Source: Octopus vulgaris
Taxonomy: Eukaryota
Length of the DNA: 64,000 bases
Direction of reading: 5' to 3'
NCBI GenBank assembly: GCA_951406725.2
Contig: OX597815.1
Location: 50,344,001-50,408,000 of the forward strand
The translations under genes were made by a program, and so were the position numbers. This document shows positions 30,326-43,576 of this stretch, in pieces (the first letter of the stretch is position 1; each line of letters begins with the position of its first letter). A model generated the notes under the pieces. That model was not told where the DNA came from, did not search any database, and saw only the letters and a list, made by a program, of their open reading frames with translations.

Positions 30326-30684
30326 TATATATATTCTCATCATCAGGATTAACGTCTGTTTTCATGCAGAAGACTGCACAGAATGCTGCTGTCTGTTTTG
30401 GCATGGTTTCTACAGCTTGATGCTCTTGCTAAAACCAACTACTTTACAGAGTATGCTGAGTACTTTTTATATGATACATGCAGTAGTGAGCATACTGAAT
30501 AACTTGTAGGACAACGCATATTGGCTAAGATCAAAGTATGTAAAGGATAATATAAATAATACTTTGAAAATATTTTTAAGTTGTTGAGATGGAAGAGAAC
30601 TACAGAAAAAAGAATATTACCAGTTTATATTGAAATGTATGTCACTTAATAATCCGAATGTAGACATGCTGTTTCTGTAGTATT

Positions 30685-30895
30685 TAGATAATTCAATCAA
30701 ATGTAATGCTCATTTAGTCACATTGTTTTGTATTCATCATTTATTGACTTATAGCTTTGAGATTTTTATGAGGTAATTATTAATTTTTAGAATAACATTG
30801 TAGGGTAGATGTGAGGGGCCAGATGTGACCAATTTGGACATAAAGCAGGTAGAATATTTTGGCTGGATATGGCTGATTTCAATGCTAAAGAGTTG
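30685..30895. mobile_element. piggyBac-like MITE, diverged copy
   Basis: Matches 47461-47679. Confidence 0.6.
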
Positions 30896-31131
30896 ATGAG
30901 GTGTCTCGAAGCAAGCTTAGCTGCAAATAAGTTAGATGAACAAAAGAAAAAGAAAAGGTGGAAAGGTCTTGAGAAGCAGTATCATCATTGTCATCATTAT
31001 CATCATCATCATTGTTGATATCAGTGATAGCAGCAGTGGTGGCAACCAGCAGCAGTTGCATTAGTTTCATAATCATTGTCTAACATTGGCAGCATTATTG
31101 ATAACATCATCGTTGTTGCTATTGATCTTTA

Positions 31132-31173
<42 letters not shown>

Positions 31174-31184
31174 TTTTCCTGTCT

Positions 31185-31400
31185 AATTTTGGCACAAGTC
31201 CAGAAATTATGAGGAGAGAGAGAAGTTGATTACATCAACCCTCAGTGCACAACTGGTACTTTTTTTTTTCATCAAACTGAAAGGATGAAAGGCAAAAGTC
31301 AACCTCAACAGCATTTGAACTCAGAATGCAAAGAACCAAAAACACTGCCACGAAGCATTTTGTCCAGCACATTAATGATTCTGATAGCTCATTATCTTAA
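31185..31400 (-). mobile_element. SINE family B
   Basis: Family B similarity. Confidence 0.75.
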
Positions 31401-31433
31401 TTATTAACATTGTTCTTATCATTACTACTACCA

Positions 31434-31649
31434 TTAAGGTGGCAAGCTGGCAGAATTGTTAGCACGATCAAAATGCTTAGAGATATTTTGTCCGTCTTCA
31501 CATTCTGAGTTCAAATTCCACCAAGGTCAACTTGCCTTTTATCCTTTTTGGGGATCGATGAAATAATCACCTTTTACGCACTGGGGTCGATGTAATCAAC
31601 TTATCCCCTCCCCACAAATCTCAGGCCTTGTGCCTAGAGTAAAAAGGAC
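31434..31649 (+). mobile_element. SINE family B
   Basis: Head GGTGGCAAGCTGGCAGAA...GAGTTCAAATTCC (A/B-box-like). Confidence 0.8.
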
Positions 31650-32463
31650 CATTACTACTACCATTATGATCATCATTGAAAGGCTTTTTAACCCAAAATT
31701 ATAATCTTGTATTATAAAAGAGAAGCTGATTTCCATCTGTGTGTGTGCATGTGTGTGTGTATGTAAGTATATAAAAGATAATTAGATAGTATTGTCACCT
31801 TAGTAACTAGCAAGTTTTGATTAAAAACGTAGAAATTTGTGCAAGTCTGTCAACACAACCCAAGTTATAAAAGACAATGTACATATGTAATATATATAGC
31901 CATTTGTGTATGTGTGTATGTGTGCCTGTGTGCACAGGTGCTTGTGTATGTGTGTGTGTTTCTGTATGTCTTTCAATATATAGTCAACACAATACAAACT
32001 TTAAAAAAAGACTTTCACTTTGAAAAACTTATGAAGGTATGTGCATGATTAACAAATATTTTTACTGGCAGCATAGTGACAGGTAAGGACGTAGTTCATA
32101 ATTAAATTCTTTTCCAGACACACTGTTAACAAAGACTCTTTCACTATGTCTCTTAAGTTTGATTTTAATTTTTCAAACTGTTTGTAAGGACATCCATACA
32201 TTAGCCTCTTCCTACTAAGTGCAAAGTTACTCATAAGCTTTCTTCAGCAAGAACAAAATACTTGAATCAAATTATTACTTGTGGAAAGCATGGTGAGGCC
32301 AAGGTAGAAATACTATGCAAATTTGATTTCGCATCACAGTTATGATTAAACCGAACTTCCTTGATTTCCAGTAATTTGTCATTAATGAAATCTGCATGAA
32401 TTACATACATACTTACATGCAAACATATATATAAATATAAATATATATGTGTGTGTGTGTATG

Positions 32464-32507
<44 letters not shown>

Positions 32508-33206
32508 TATAAATAAATAGAAATAAATGTATATATATATGTATGTATATATATATATGTATGTATATATATATGTGTTTGTGTATATATATATATATAT
32601 ATATAATATATATATATGCATATATGTATATGTATATATGTATATGACTCATGTACATGCAGTGTCACAAAGTTGGTATGCTATTGTAAAAATCTCGTAG
32701 GTAGGTGTCAAACATATTAGTCATCTCTCTCTTCAGTCACTGAAAATAAAAGCGTGACGTGTATATGTGTGTGTATGTGTGTGCATGTATGTATGAATAT
32801 ATGTATGAGCATTTATCTATATATGTGTGTGTATGTGTGAGTGTGCGTGCATGTGTGCATGTGGGTATGTACATACATGTATGCATATGCATGCATATAT
32901 ATTTGTGTGTGTGTGTGTATATATATATATACATATATATATATACACTCACACTATATGTGTCTATATGTATATACAAATATAAATCAATCAGTCTAAA
33001 TATACATATATGTGTGTGCCTCTTTCTTTCTATCTCTCACTCTCTCATCTATATATATATATATATATATATGAAAACCTAATAACCTAAACATGCATAT
33101 ATGTGCATACATACATATATACATATACATATATACATATATATATACATATACCTATCACCATAATAATATCTGCATATATATACACATATATATATAT
33201 TTATTT

Positions 33207-33237
<31 letters not shown>

Positions 33238-33559
33238 CATGCACACATATATATATATATATAATTATATATATAAATACACTAATGTACATACACACAT
33301 ATATATGCATATATCTGTATGTGTGTGTGTCTGTGTGCGTGTATTTATGAGAGGAAAATTTGGTAACCACTAATGAAACACTTTTCATCAAACCTAATAA
33401 CTATTGCCCAAAAGTATTAAATAAAACGCCTTTTAGTATTAGCTATTAAATGGGAAATAGTTAAATGAATAAAGAACTGATAGTGAGGTGGTGGATAGAT
33501 TGGAATGCTGGATAAGAATGACGCAAAAAAAAAAAGATATAGCGATAGTGGTCATAGTG

Positions 33560-34251
33560 GTGAGGATGGCGAGGATAATGATGATGATGATGATGAGGAG
33601 GAGGAGGTGATGGTAATGGAGGTGGTGATGGTGGTGGTGATGGTGATGATGATGATGATGACGATGATGATGGTGATGATGATGATGATGATGGTGATGG
33701 TGGTGGTGGTGGTGGTGGTGGCAGTGGTTATCGTGGTGGTAATGGAGGTGGTGGTGGTGGTGATAGTGATGAAAATGATGATGATCATGATTGTTATTAT
33801 TATGGTGAGTGACAGACTATGATTGAGGATTTTGCTTAGAAAGATGTGGATGATGATGATGATGATGACAGTGATGATGATGCTGAAATGAAGGTGATGA
33901 CAATAATTATGATGACTGTAATGGCAACAACGATGATGACAAGACTGAGAATGATGATGAAAATGAGGAGGAAGAGGAAGAGGAAGAGGATAATGACGAT
34001 GATGCTGATGATAACAATGGCAATGATGATAATGGTGGTTGTGGTGATGGAGGTGATGACGATGATAATGATGATGACAATGATGATGAACATTATCATG
34101 GTTATGATGGTGATAATCATGATTAAGAAGACAGCAGTGGTGATGATAGTTGTGGTGGTGATAGTGGTGGTGGTGGTGGTAAGAATGACAATGATGATGA
34201 TGATAATGATGATGATGATGATGATGGTGGAGATAATGATGGTAATAGTAG

Positions 34252-34293
<42 letters not shown>

Positions 34294-34570
34294 CGATGAT
34301 GATGACGATGATGATGATGATGATGGTGATAATGATGGTGGTGATGGTGGTGGTGGTGGTGGTGATGATGATAATGATGATGACGACGATGATAATGATG
34401 ATGATACTGCTTCTGCTGTTGACAACAGTCATGACAGTTGCAATGACAATGACAATGATGATGACAATGTCAAGACGATAGTAGTGACCATGATAATATT
34501 GGTGGTGGTGGTGGTGGTAGGAATTATAATGATGACAATGATAACGACAATAACAACAACAACAACAATA
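33560..34570. repeat. About 1 kb degenerate trinucleotide (GAT/GGT/AAT) low-complexity tract
   Basis: Read directly; it produces the spurious poly-M/I/S ORFs. Confidence 0.95.
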
Positions 34571-34965
34571 AAAAGGGCCAAAAATAAAAACCAAAACCAG
34601 ATGAATTATACATTATCTACTTCACACATGTTTGCCAGAATAATCAATCTTTGGCAAATACAGATGGAGAGGGGGACACACAGACACAGAGATATGCCAC
34701 ACTTAGAAGATAATGAGGTAAATATATTAAGTAAAACCAAATCTAGTTTTAGAGAAATCAAATTCTTTATGTACAGCGAGTGTCTACAGCTTTCTATAGG
34801 TCACTTAGAATCAACTTAACCTCTTTATTCCAATATATATATATATATATATATGCACTCACACACATATATAAACATATGCATATATGTATATACATAT
34901 ATATATGTATATATATATGTATATATACACACATATATATATATACACACACACACATACACACA

Positions 34966-35009
<44 letters not shown>

Positions 35010-35174
35010 GCATATATGTGTATGTGTGTGTGTGTGCATGCTTCTCTATCCTTTTCCCTTTCCTATTTCTTTCTATATTGCATTTTCTCTGTATATGTGT
35101 GCATATGCTCACACATGTACGGACACACACACACTCACACACATTTCAATAATTTGTCATATGACTTGATATGT

Positions 35175-35230
<56 letters not shown>

Positions 35231-36749
35231 TATACATTTATATATATATATATAGATATATGCATGTGAATATCAATACATCCACTTAGAAAATTCTATG
35301 TATATGTGTGTGTGTGTGCAGGTGTGCATGTGTAGGTGCAAGTGAACAAGTGTTTTTGTATATATATTTGTATGTGTGAAATGAGAAAGAAAAAAAACAG
35401 AATCTGATTAGCCATTTGTAAAAGTATCTGATGAAATCAATTACAAAGAAAGATGTTAATTATGGCAAAAAGAAAAAGAGGAAAAGAATAACTGAATGCG
35501 CTGTGAATGTATATCAATAATGAGATCGATAAATTGATAAATAAGGTCCTTTGTATAAGATATTTTGTGCTCTCTAAGTGTCATGTAGATCATATTTAGA
35601 TAAACACCACTTAAGCAAGTCATTTATTTCTGTTTGTTTGAAGTGAGCAAAGAGACGTAGCTGTAAAGAAGGATTTACAACTTTCAACAGAGTGGAGCTA
35701 TGTGATTCTTTACATCTGCTAAGCAATTGGCTGTATTTCGGTAAAATAGAGAATAAATTTAGTCATTTTTGCATATCTGATTGACGTACCAGGTGTTAAT
35801 TAGCCTGATATAATCAATAAATTTATTTGTTGATATTTACCAATTTTAATTGTTTTGATTTTTTTTTTTTTAGTTTTTGTAAGGATGATGGTGTAGTCAC
35901 TGATGTTTTCCCTAGGTATGTATTTTTACTTTCAGTTTCTCTTTTCCCTCTCTTTCTCTCTCTGCATAGCTAAATCTATGTCTCTCAATTATATATATAT
36001 ATATATATATACATGTATATGTATTCACACACACACACACACACATATATATATGTATCTGTATCTATCTAGCTAGCTAGCTATATATATATGTGCACAT
36101 ATATATATGTATCTATATCTATCTATCTATTTATTTATAAAATATGTGTATGTGTGTGTGTACTTGATAAGTTAAGTATATTATACACATCATACACTTA
36201 CTAAATTTCTACTGAGAAGGACGAATAAAATTTCAAATAATCAATATATGATATATGATTTCAATTGAAAGTAAACTTTTAGCTGAGATTTTTAAGTACT
36301 AAAATATTTGGAAACTTTCTGGTATTTTCCAGATAATTCTCAACCCATAAATATCTTTACCTTTGCAAAGTGTCACCACTACTTTTATTTATTCTGTTAG
36401 AAATTTCAAGTAGTTAATTTATTTGCCTCACAAATAAATTGGTTTCAGGTTCTTATTTTTGGAATCACATTGTAATTTTAGGTTGGGATCTCCACGTGGT
36501 CTCCAGTGTAGAGAAGTATACCATGAACTATATACACTCTGTCATCCTTCAACCCAGTAAATCCACTTTCCACTAGTGATGAACTTGCAAGCTGAAATTC
36601 TATGCCTCTGACTGCTTTTACTTTTCTCTATCTCCTTTTTCATTGATACCATCCACAACACTTTTCACCAGATGCTCACCATCTTTTCCCATCACATTCC
36701 TATAACAAAGCAATGATCTCTCTACTAGACAAAGACATGCATTTATTGC

Positions 36750-37070
36750 TTTGGCTCAGTGGTTAGAGCACTGGACTCAAAATCATGGGGTAGTGAGTTT
36801 GGTTCCTGGACTGGGCTGTGTGTTGTGTTCATGAGCAAAAAACTTTATTTCATGCTGCCCCAGTTTATTCAGAAAGGAGTTACGATGTCACTGGTGCCAA
36901 GCCCTTGCTTTTCTCTTGGATAACATCAGTGGCATGGAGAGGGGAGGCTGGTATGCACGGGCAAATGCTGGTCTTCCATAAAAACCTTGCTCAGACTTGT
37001 ACTTCAGAGTAGTACTTCCAAGGTGCAATCCCATTGCCATTCATGACAGAAGGAGCTCTTTCCCCTTCTT
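36750..37070 (+). mobile_element. tRNA-headed SINE (related heads at 46680 and 51432)
   Basis: A box TGGCTCAGTGGTTAGAGC and B-box-like GAGTTTGGTTCC, followed by TGTGTTGTGTTCNTGAGCAAAA. Confidence 0.7.
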
Positions 37071-37656
37071 CTTTTTTTTTACTTTACTACTCTTAAATGC
37101 ACTTATACACCAACTTTCATGCAGTTTAACAGAGTTCCTTAAAAAATCCTAGACAGTTAATTGTACACCAGTTTTGGAAAATCTTTTAAGTCCCATGCCC
37201 TTGTTTCCCTATCATACAGCATTGCTTCTCTCAGATATGTCTCATATAATCTGCCCTTTATACTGAATGAAAAATCTTCTGAATACCCTAAACTTCTATG
37301 TTTTCCTAAATACTAACCATTCACCACAAATACTTTATGAAATATTTAGCTTACATCCATATCTGTTGTTATTGTTTAAACTCATATCATTCCTAATTGA
37401 ACAGTCCTAGAATCAATGATATTCCAGACATAATCCACCCATCATGATTTCACATCTTGTGTATCTTGGTCCATAATTATACAGCTTGTTATTCTTTTTT
37501 TGTTTTTTGTTGAAGATGGTAGTATATGATTAGCAGCTACTTCTAAGAAGTCAAATTACCATATAGGATCTGTCCTGGCTTATACCAGAAACTAATAACA
37601 TTAATACTTAACTTTCACCACAAACACTTCCAGAAATATTTAACTCACTTATGGAT

Positions 37657-38068
37657 AGGTGCAGGCATGGCTGTGTGGTAAGAAGCTTGCTTCCCATCCA
37701 CATGGTTCTAGGTTCAGTCCCACTGTGCGGGACCTTGAGTAAGTGTCTTCTACTATAGCTTCAATCAACCAAAGCCTTGTGAGTTGATTTGGTTGACGGA
37801 AACTGAAAGAAGTCTGTCATACATATAAATGTATATATTTGCATGTATCTTTGTGTCTGTGTTTGTCCCCCCTGTCACCATTTGACAACCAATGCTAGTA
37901 TGTTTATGTCCCTGTAAGTTAGCAGTTTGACAAAAGAGACTGATAGAATAAGTACTAGGCCAACAAAGAATAAGTCCTGGGGTCAGTTTATTTGACTTAA
38001 ACAAGTTAAGATAGTGCTCCAGCATGGCTGAAGTTAAATGACTGAGACAAGTAAATCTGTAAAAGAAC
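37657..38068 (+). mobile_element. SINE family A
   Basis: Family similarity, full length. Confidence 0.8.
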
Positions 38069-38749
38069 TATGTCAACCGAAATTGAACATTCTGGCCAAT
38101 CTACTGATTGCATTTTACAGGAGCCCCAGTGCCATCTTAGCTGCATTATAGGTCTCTGGGCAAGGCAATGTCTTGGGCCCTATAGCATTTATCTATTGAT
38201 AGCAAGGCAAAGTATACATAGATCAGAATTAGGCCACTAGATCCATGAGGCCTCTAGGTAACTTTCCAGAAGGCTCATACCTTAAGACAGCACTGGAGAG
38301 CCTTTATCATTTGTTATTTCTATATGTCTATACATTTGAAGTCCTGGTTCCTTTTGATTTGCCAGAAAAACTATAATATAGTATACTGAATACACTGAGT
38401 TGAGTTTCTAGCCACTCTCTTTCTGTATATTGAAGTCAGACAACTTTCTATACAACACAAATATTTTACCTTTTTTCTTTTACTAATTGGAGCTAACAAC
38501 TTAAAATATTTACTCAAGGCATTTGGTCTTTTGACTAATTTTCCAAATTTTAAACAGATTTGGCAATGAAAAATATCATTAGCATCTCAGACATTTTTAC
38601 CTCAAGTACTTTGAAGAATAGTTAGGAAGTGGAGAGAGGAGAGGAGGGCACATGAAGTCTTCCTATATACTACATTTGTCACTGAAATCACTAAGAACTT
38701 TAGCCTTATATACATTACACTTATTCATGACAGTTCACAGAATGCATTT

Positions 38750-39100
38750 GTCATTTCCATAAAATTTTATGATGCTGAACCTTATGAAGGAGATAACAGA
38801 GGACTGAGATATGTAGTGCATTGCTGGATTCAAGAAGATCTGCTCTCTGCAACAAAACTGGGATCCTAAAACAAAAGTGCCTCATAAAAAGCAGTGGTAC
38901 TAGAGCCACATAAAAAGCATCCAGTACATTCTGTATGGTGGTTGATGTTAGGAAGGGCATCCAGCCATAGAAACCAAGTCAAAACAGAACATGGTAGCAG
39001 GTGCAGCCCCTGGCCTTGCCAGTTTTTATCAAGCCATCTAACCCATACCAGCATGGAAAATAAACATTAAATGTTGAAGATGATAATGATGATGATGATA
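38750..39100 (+). mobile_element. RTE 3' UTR fragment with (GAT)n tail
   Basis: GGTTGATGTTAGGAAGGGCATCCAGCC...CAGCATGGAAAA plus tail. Confidence 0.65.
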
Positions 39101-39464
39101 TGAGGAGTGTAGATGGTTATCACAGTAAACTTCAACCCTCACAGCTCTTGAGTGGCTGTGTGGTAAGTAACTTGCTTATGAACCACATGGTTCTGGGTTC
39201 AGTCCCACTGTGTGGCACCTCAAGCAAGTGTCTTCTACTATAGTCTCGGGCTGACCAAAGCCTTGTGAGTGGATTTGGTTGACAGAAACTGAAAGAAGCC
39301 TGTCGTATATATGTATATATATATATATTATATATATATATATTAGATAAATTAGAGATATTAAGCAAATCATACAATGAAAAACTTAAGCCAATACATA
39401 AGATTATTTAATTTATATTATTTAAATATATAACAAAATTAATTAAAAAATATAATTAATATAA

Positions 39465-39528
39465 CACTACGATCGTTTCATGGCTGTTAATTTCTTTAAA
39501 TTTTCGAGTTACAGTCATTCATCAGGTG
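39465..39528 (-). ncRNA. Type I hammerhead ribozyme (minimal helix III)
   Basis: CAC-CTGATGA-ATGACTGT...ACAGCCAT-GAAAC-GATC-GTA-GTG: stem I CAC/GTG, stem II 7 of 8 bp, palindrome ACGATCGT. Confidence 0.75.
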
Positions 39529-39683
39529 GTTTAAATATCTAAAATATAATCAATATTTTTAAGATATAAATAATATATATGATATAATAATTTTACTTAT
39601 AATAAACTCTATTATCAAATATGATTATATCCAAATCGACTATAATGTTAAATATTAATTTTAATTTATATCAATATTAGTCT

Positions 39684-39749
39684 ATATCTGATGAATGACT
39701 GTAACTCGAAAATTTAAAGAAATTAACAGCCATGAAACGATCGTAGTGT
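39684..39749 (+). ncRNA. Type I hammerhead motif, mirror copy with weak stem I
   Basis: CTGATGA at 39688, GAAAC at 39734, GTA at 39743-39745; the 5' strand of stem I is replaced by ATAT (wobble pairing only). Confidence 0.6.
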
Positions 39750-39964
39750 TATATTAATTATATTTTTTTAATAATTTTGTTATATATTTAAATAATATAA
39801 ATTAAATAATCTTATGTATTGGCTTAAGTTTTTCATTGTATGATTTGCCTAATAGTGGTTTTATCTCTAATTTAATATAATATAATATTTTACTATAAAA
39901 TTGGATTCAATCCTAAATCTGATTTTTCCCTGTAAGTTTGGATTTATTCCCTAATATTTATTAT

Positions 39965-40011
<47 letters not shown>

Positions 40012-40555
40012 TTGTGTGTCTGTGTTTGTCCCCCTCCCCAACATTGCTTGACAACCGATGCTGGTGTGTTTACATCTCTGTAACCTAGCGGTTCGGCAAA
40101 AGAGACCAATAGAATAAGTACTAGGCTTACAAAGAATAAGTCCTGGAGTTGATTTGCTCGACTAAAGACGGTGCTCTAAAGACGGTGCTCCAGCATGGCC
40201 AAAGTCAAATGACTGTAACAAGTAAAAGAGTAAAAGAGTACAAACATCCAGAAATTCATACAGCACACAAAACATTACTACAACAGCATCCTATGAACAG
40301 TTTCTCTCCCACTCAGCATATTAAAAAGAAATAATAATAAATGAATACTTGCAAAAAGGCTGCAGTATCTTAAGCATCATTAGCTCTGAATATGCTGCTG
40401 GGTCACAGAGCACCAGTAAGAAGATTAAAGGTGTTACAGGTGTTACATTCAAAGTTCATCTTATGTACCTCTATTGTAGTTACAAACAGAGTCTACAGAC
40501 ACAGAAACGGAGAAGACAATGGGAAAGTAGAAGATATCCAGACTACAATATTACT

Positions 40556-40759
40556 TTCACATTCTGGCACAAGGCCAGCAATTTTGGGGTAGAGTGTAAG
40601 TCAATTACATCAACCCCAGTACTCAACTGGTACTTATTTTATTGACCTCAAAAAGATGAAAGGTAAAGTTGGCCTCAGTAGAGTTTGAATGTAAAGACAA
40701 ACAAAATGTCACTAACCATTTTTTCCACCAGGCTAACGACTCTGCTAGTTTGCTGCCTT
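40556..40759 (-). mobile_element. SINE family B
   Basis: Family similarity. Confidence 0.7.
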
Positions 40760-41921
40760 TATCTAGACTGCAATGTAAAGAATGGTTCTCAGTAATATGA
40801 AGCTATACACCCAACAAAATTTGCTCCCATATTTGTTGCAATTGTTTAAACTCCCATTATTCCTGATTGAACAGTCCTAGAATCAATGACATTCCAGACA
40901 TAATCCTCCCATCATAAGTTCATAACTAGTTTATCTAGGCCCACAGTTATACGGTTTTTTTGTATGCTTTTTGTTTGAAGATGGTAATATGTGATTTCTA
41001 GGTGGTCAAGTCACCCTATAGAACCTGTCCTTGCTGGCTCAATAATTTTCCTTCAATGTGAAGAATCTGATTGAAGCATCTCTCACTTCTTGTACAAAAC
41101 ACAAAAGCTTCACTTCAGCATTGTTCCAGCTTCTTCATCAAACTCACCATTCCTTGTGCTGATACTCACATATTATATAATCATTAACTTAACCTTACTT
41201 GGTAGGTTTAATTTCTACACTAACCTTACATCCTACAGGCTTCATTGATTATGCAAATATAACTAGTACTCTATTCCTTAAACATAACCTTCCTTTGTTG
41301 CTTAACACTCTCCAATATTATCAGTAGCGCATATCTTCTTAAGTTCAATTGAGTTATCTGAAAAATGCCTCCTGAAACAGCTGAGCTATGTGACCCCCAA
41401 GTAACACATTTTTGTTATCATGATCACTACATTATTTATTTCTAAATTAACAATAAGGAATTTAGCAAATTGCTTTACTGTTCTTAGTTAAGAGGAATTC
41501 GACAATCTTTAGTCTCAGAAGAGTTAAATCATAGATATTTTCTTACTGAAACTTTATTCTCTATAAATTATACCTTATTTGGCAACATCATCATAATGAC
41601 AATCTCCATACATCACAACAATAAATATGTATCTACTTCCTTCATTACATACTCTTTTATTAAATGGCAATCTCCCAGAAGACATCTGCCAATAGCAATA
41701 ACCATATAATAATTTCAAATGATTGTCAGAAGCCAGAAATTAATCTGACTGTATTCTAGCATTATAAACAGGTCAGGGACACAATGTTTCAGTCCCATGT
41801 TCCTTAAGTGTAAATTAGGAATGACAATAAAGTTTCAGGGAAATAATTCAGACTAAATATCACAGAACACAAGAGACATCACGAGTGTGAAGAATTTCTT
41901 AAGAAATGGTACATACACACA

Positions 41922-42004
<83 letters not shown>

Positions 42005-42101
42005 AAACACACAAACTCATGTACAGAGACAGACAATACACACATACACACATACATACGTATGTAAATATATCTATATATATGATATATACAGATATTA
42101 G

Positions 42102-42168
<67 letters not shown>

Positions 42169-42429
42169 GTATACATATATATGTATTATATATATATAGG
42201 GAGAATTCACAAAAAAAACAAAAGCTGAAGACAGGTGGTGTAATATATAAATATAAGTGTGTGTGTGTGTGTATATATATGTATGTATATACATATGCAA
42301 TATATATAATATACATAATACATATATATATACATTATATATATATATATGTATATATAATATACATATACATATATATATGTATGTATACATATGTATG
42401 TATACATACACACACGTGCGCACACACAT

Positions 42430-43100
42430 TCCAGAAGTTTTGAGTCTTTTTTCAAGAGATACTTTTATACATTTCAAAGAAGAACAAAGCTCTAATCTCC
42501 ATCAAAATAGGATTCTCTGACTTCAAAGCATTTGCTGTAGTGCTCCAGCCACTTTGTAAAAGCCCTCCAAAGAGAAGGTGTGTGGATCCTATGTCACAGC
42601 CTCCATCATCTTCCTAATGTCTTCAAATGACTGCCCCTGGAGTTCTCTTTCAGCATAGGACAACAACAAAGAGTCACAGGGATCAAGGTGTAGATTCTAG
42701 GGAGGGTGAGGGAGACTTTTAATGCTCATTTCTGACAAGTAGTTGATTACCAGGATGCTTGTCCCTAAGCAGACTTGGGACAAACTTGACACAAATTTTG
42801 CTTATGTCAAGATCTTTATGAATAATTCTCTGTACAATTGCCACACCAACTACAAACTCTATTCTTGTGAATTTTTTCAACAGCGCTAATGTTCTGACGT
42901 CCCTCTCCCTCTCAACCCCTTATCATCTTTCTCTGCCTCTCTACCATTCTCGAACCACTTGTACCAGTAAAATAGTTAATCCATAAGCAATCTGAAGCAT
43001 TTCATAAGTTTTTGTAGCATTTTAGCCCAGTTTAACACAAAACTATTTTGCACAGCAAGCTTCCAAATGTCCCAAGTGCATTCTGTAAAGTGCCTGGTAT
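42430..43100 (-). pseudogene. Internally deleted mariner remnant
   Basis: Minus strand reads LPHPP*NLHLDPCD (HPPYSPDLAPCD-like)...[20 protein letters not shown]. Confidence 0.7.
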
Positions 43101-43141
43101 TAAACAAGTTGAATTCATGAACAGGCGAGACAACTCCCCTC

Positions 43142-43576
43142 TAATCCCATCCAGAAGTGATAGACATCGATGTTTCACCATTTTTAAGGCTTATCAGCAT
43201 CATGTACCCGAACAGGATAAGAGATGAATCACTTCACCAGTCCACAACTTATGTGCACAACTTTTAACACCCAGTGCTTTGAGAAAGTATTCTCCACCAC
43301 ACCATATCACAGCCTTGCAGCAATTATACAAAGCAAGTACATTGAGCATATGTGGTGGTTGATAATGTTTATGACTCTAGCATTGCTTCTATTTCATTTT
43401 TGAATCTATTCTTACATAAACAGTGTCTGAGCATATCAACACATAGTCTGCATGCTATCTGCATATAAGTTGTGGACTGGTGATATGAATAATCTAGATC
43501 CTGTCTGAGTATGCAATGTTGATAAACCGAATAAAATGGTGAGACATCAATGTCCATCACTCCTGGATAGGATTAC
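43142..43576. repeat. Diverged inverted repeat (arms about 115 bp, spacer about 200 bp)
   Basis: 43142-43258 (TAATCCCATCCAGAAGTGAT...CACCAGTCCACAACTTAT) mirrors 43460-43576. Confidence 0.75.

Larger units (their letters stand above)
39345..39970. mobile_element. Palindromic Penelope-like non-autonomous element (167-bp near-perfect inverted arms)
   Basis: Arms 39359-39525 and 39688-39854 are reverse complements with only a few mismatches; each carries a hammerhead core; (TA)n on both sides. Confidence 0.75.
39149..40238 (+). mobile_element. SINE family A split by an insertion in its internal (TA)n
   Basis: The 5' half lies at 39149-39340 and the 3' half at 39975-40238. Confidence 0.85.

Noticed and set aside
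33505-34819. Long ORFs (up to 252 aa) of poly-M/I/S/V
   Set aside because: They arise from degenerate trinucleotide repeats, are open in several frames and strands, and contain no domain.
36750-36830. tRNA gene
   Set aside because: A/B boxes are present but there is no complete cloverleaf; it continues into a SINE body.
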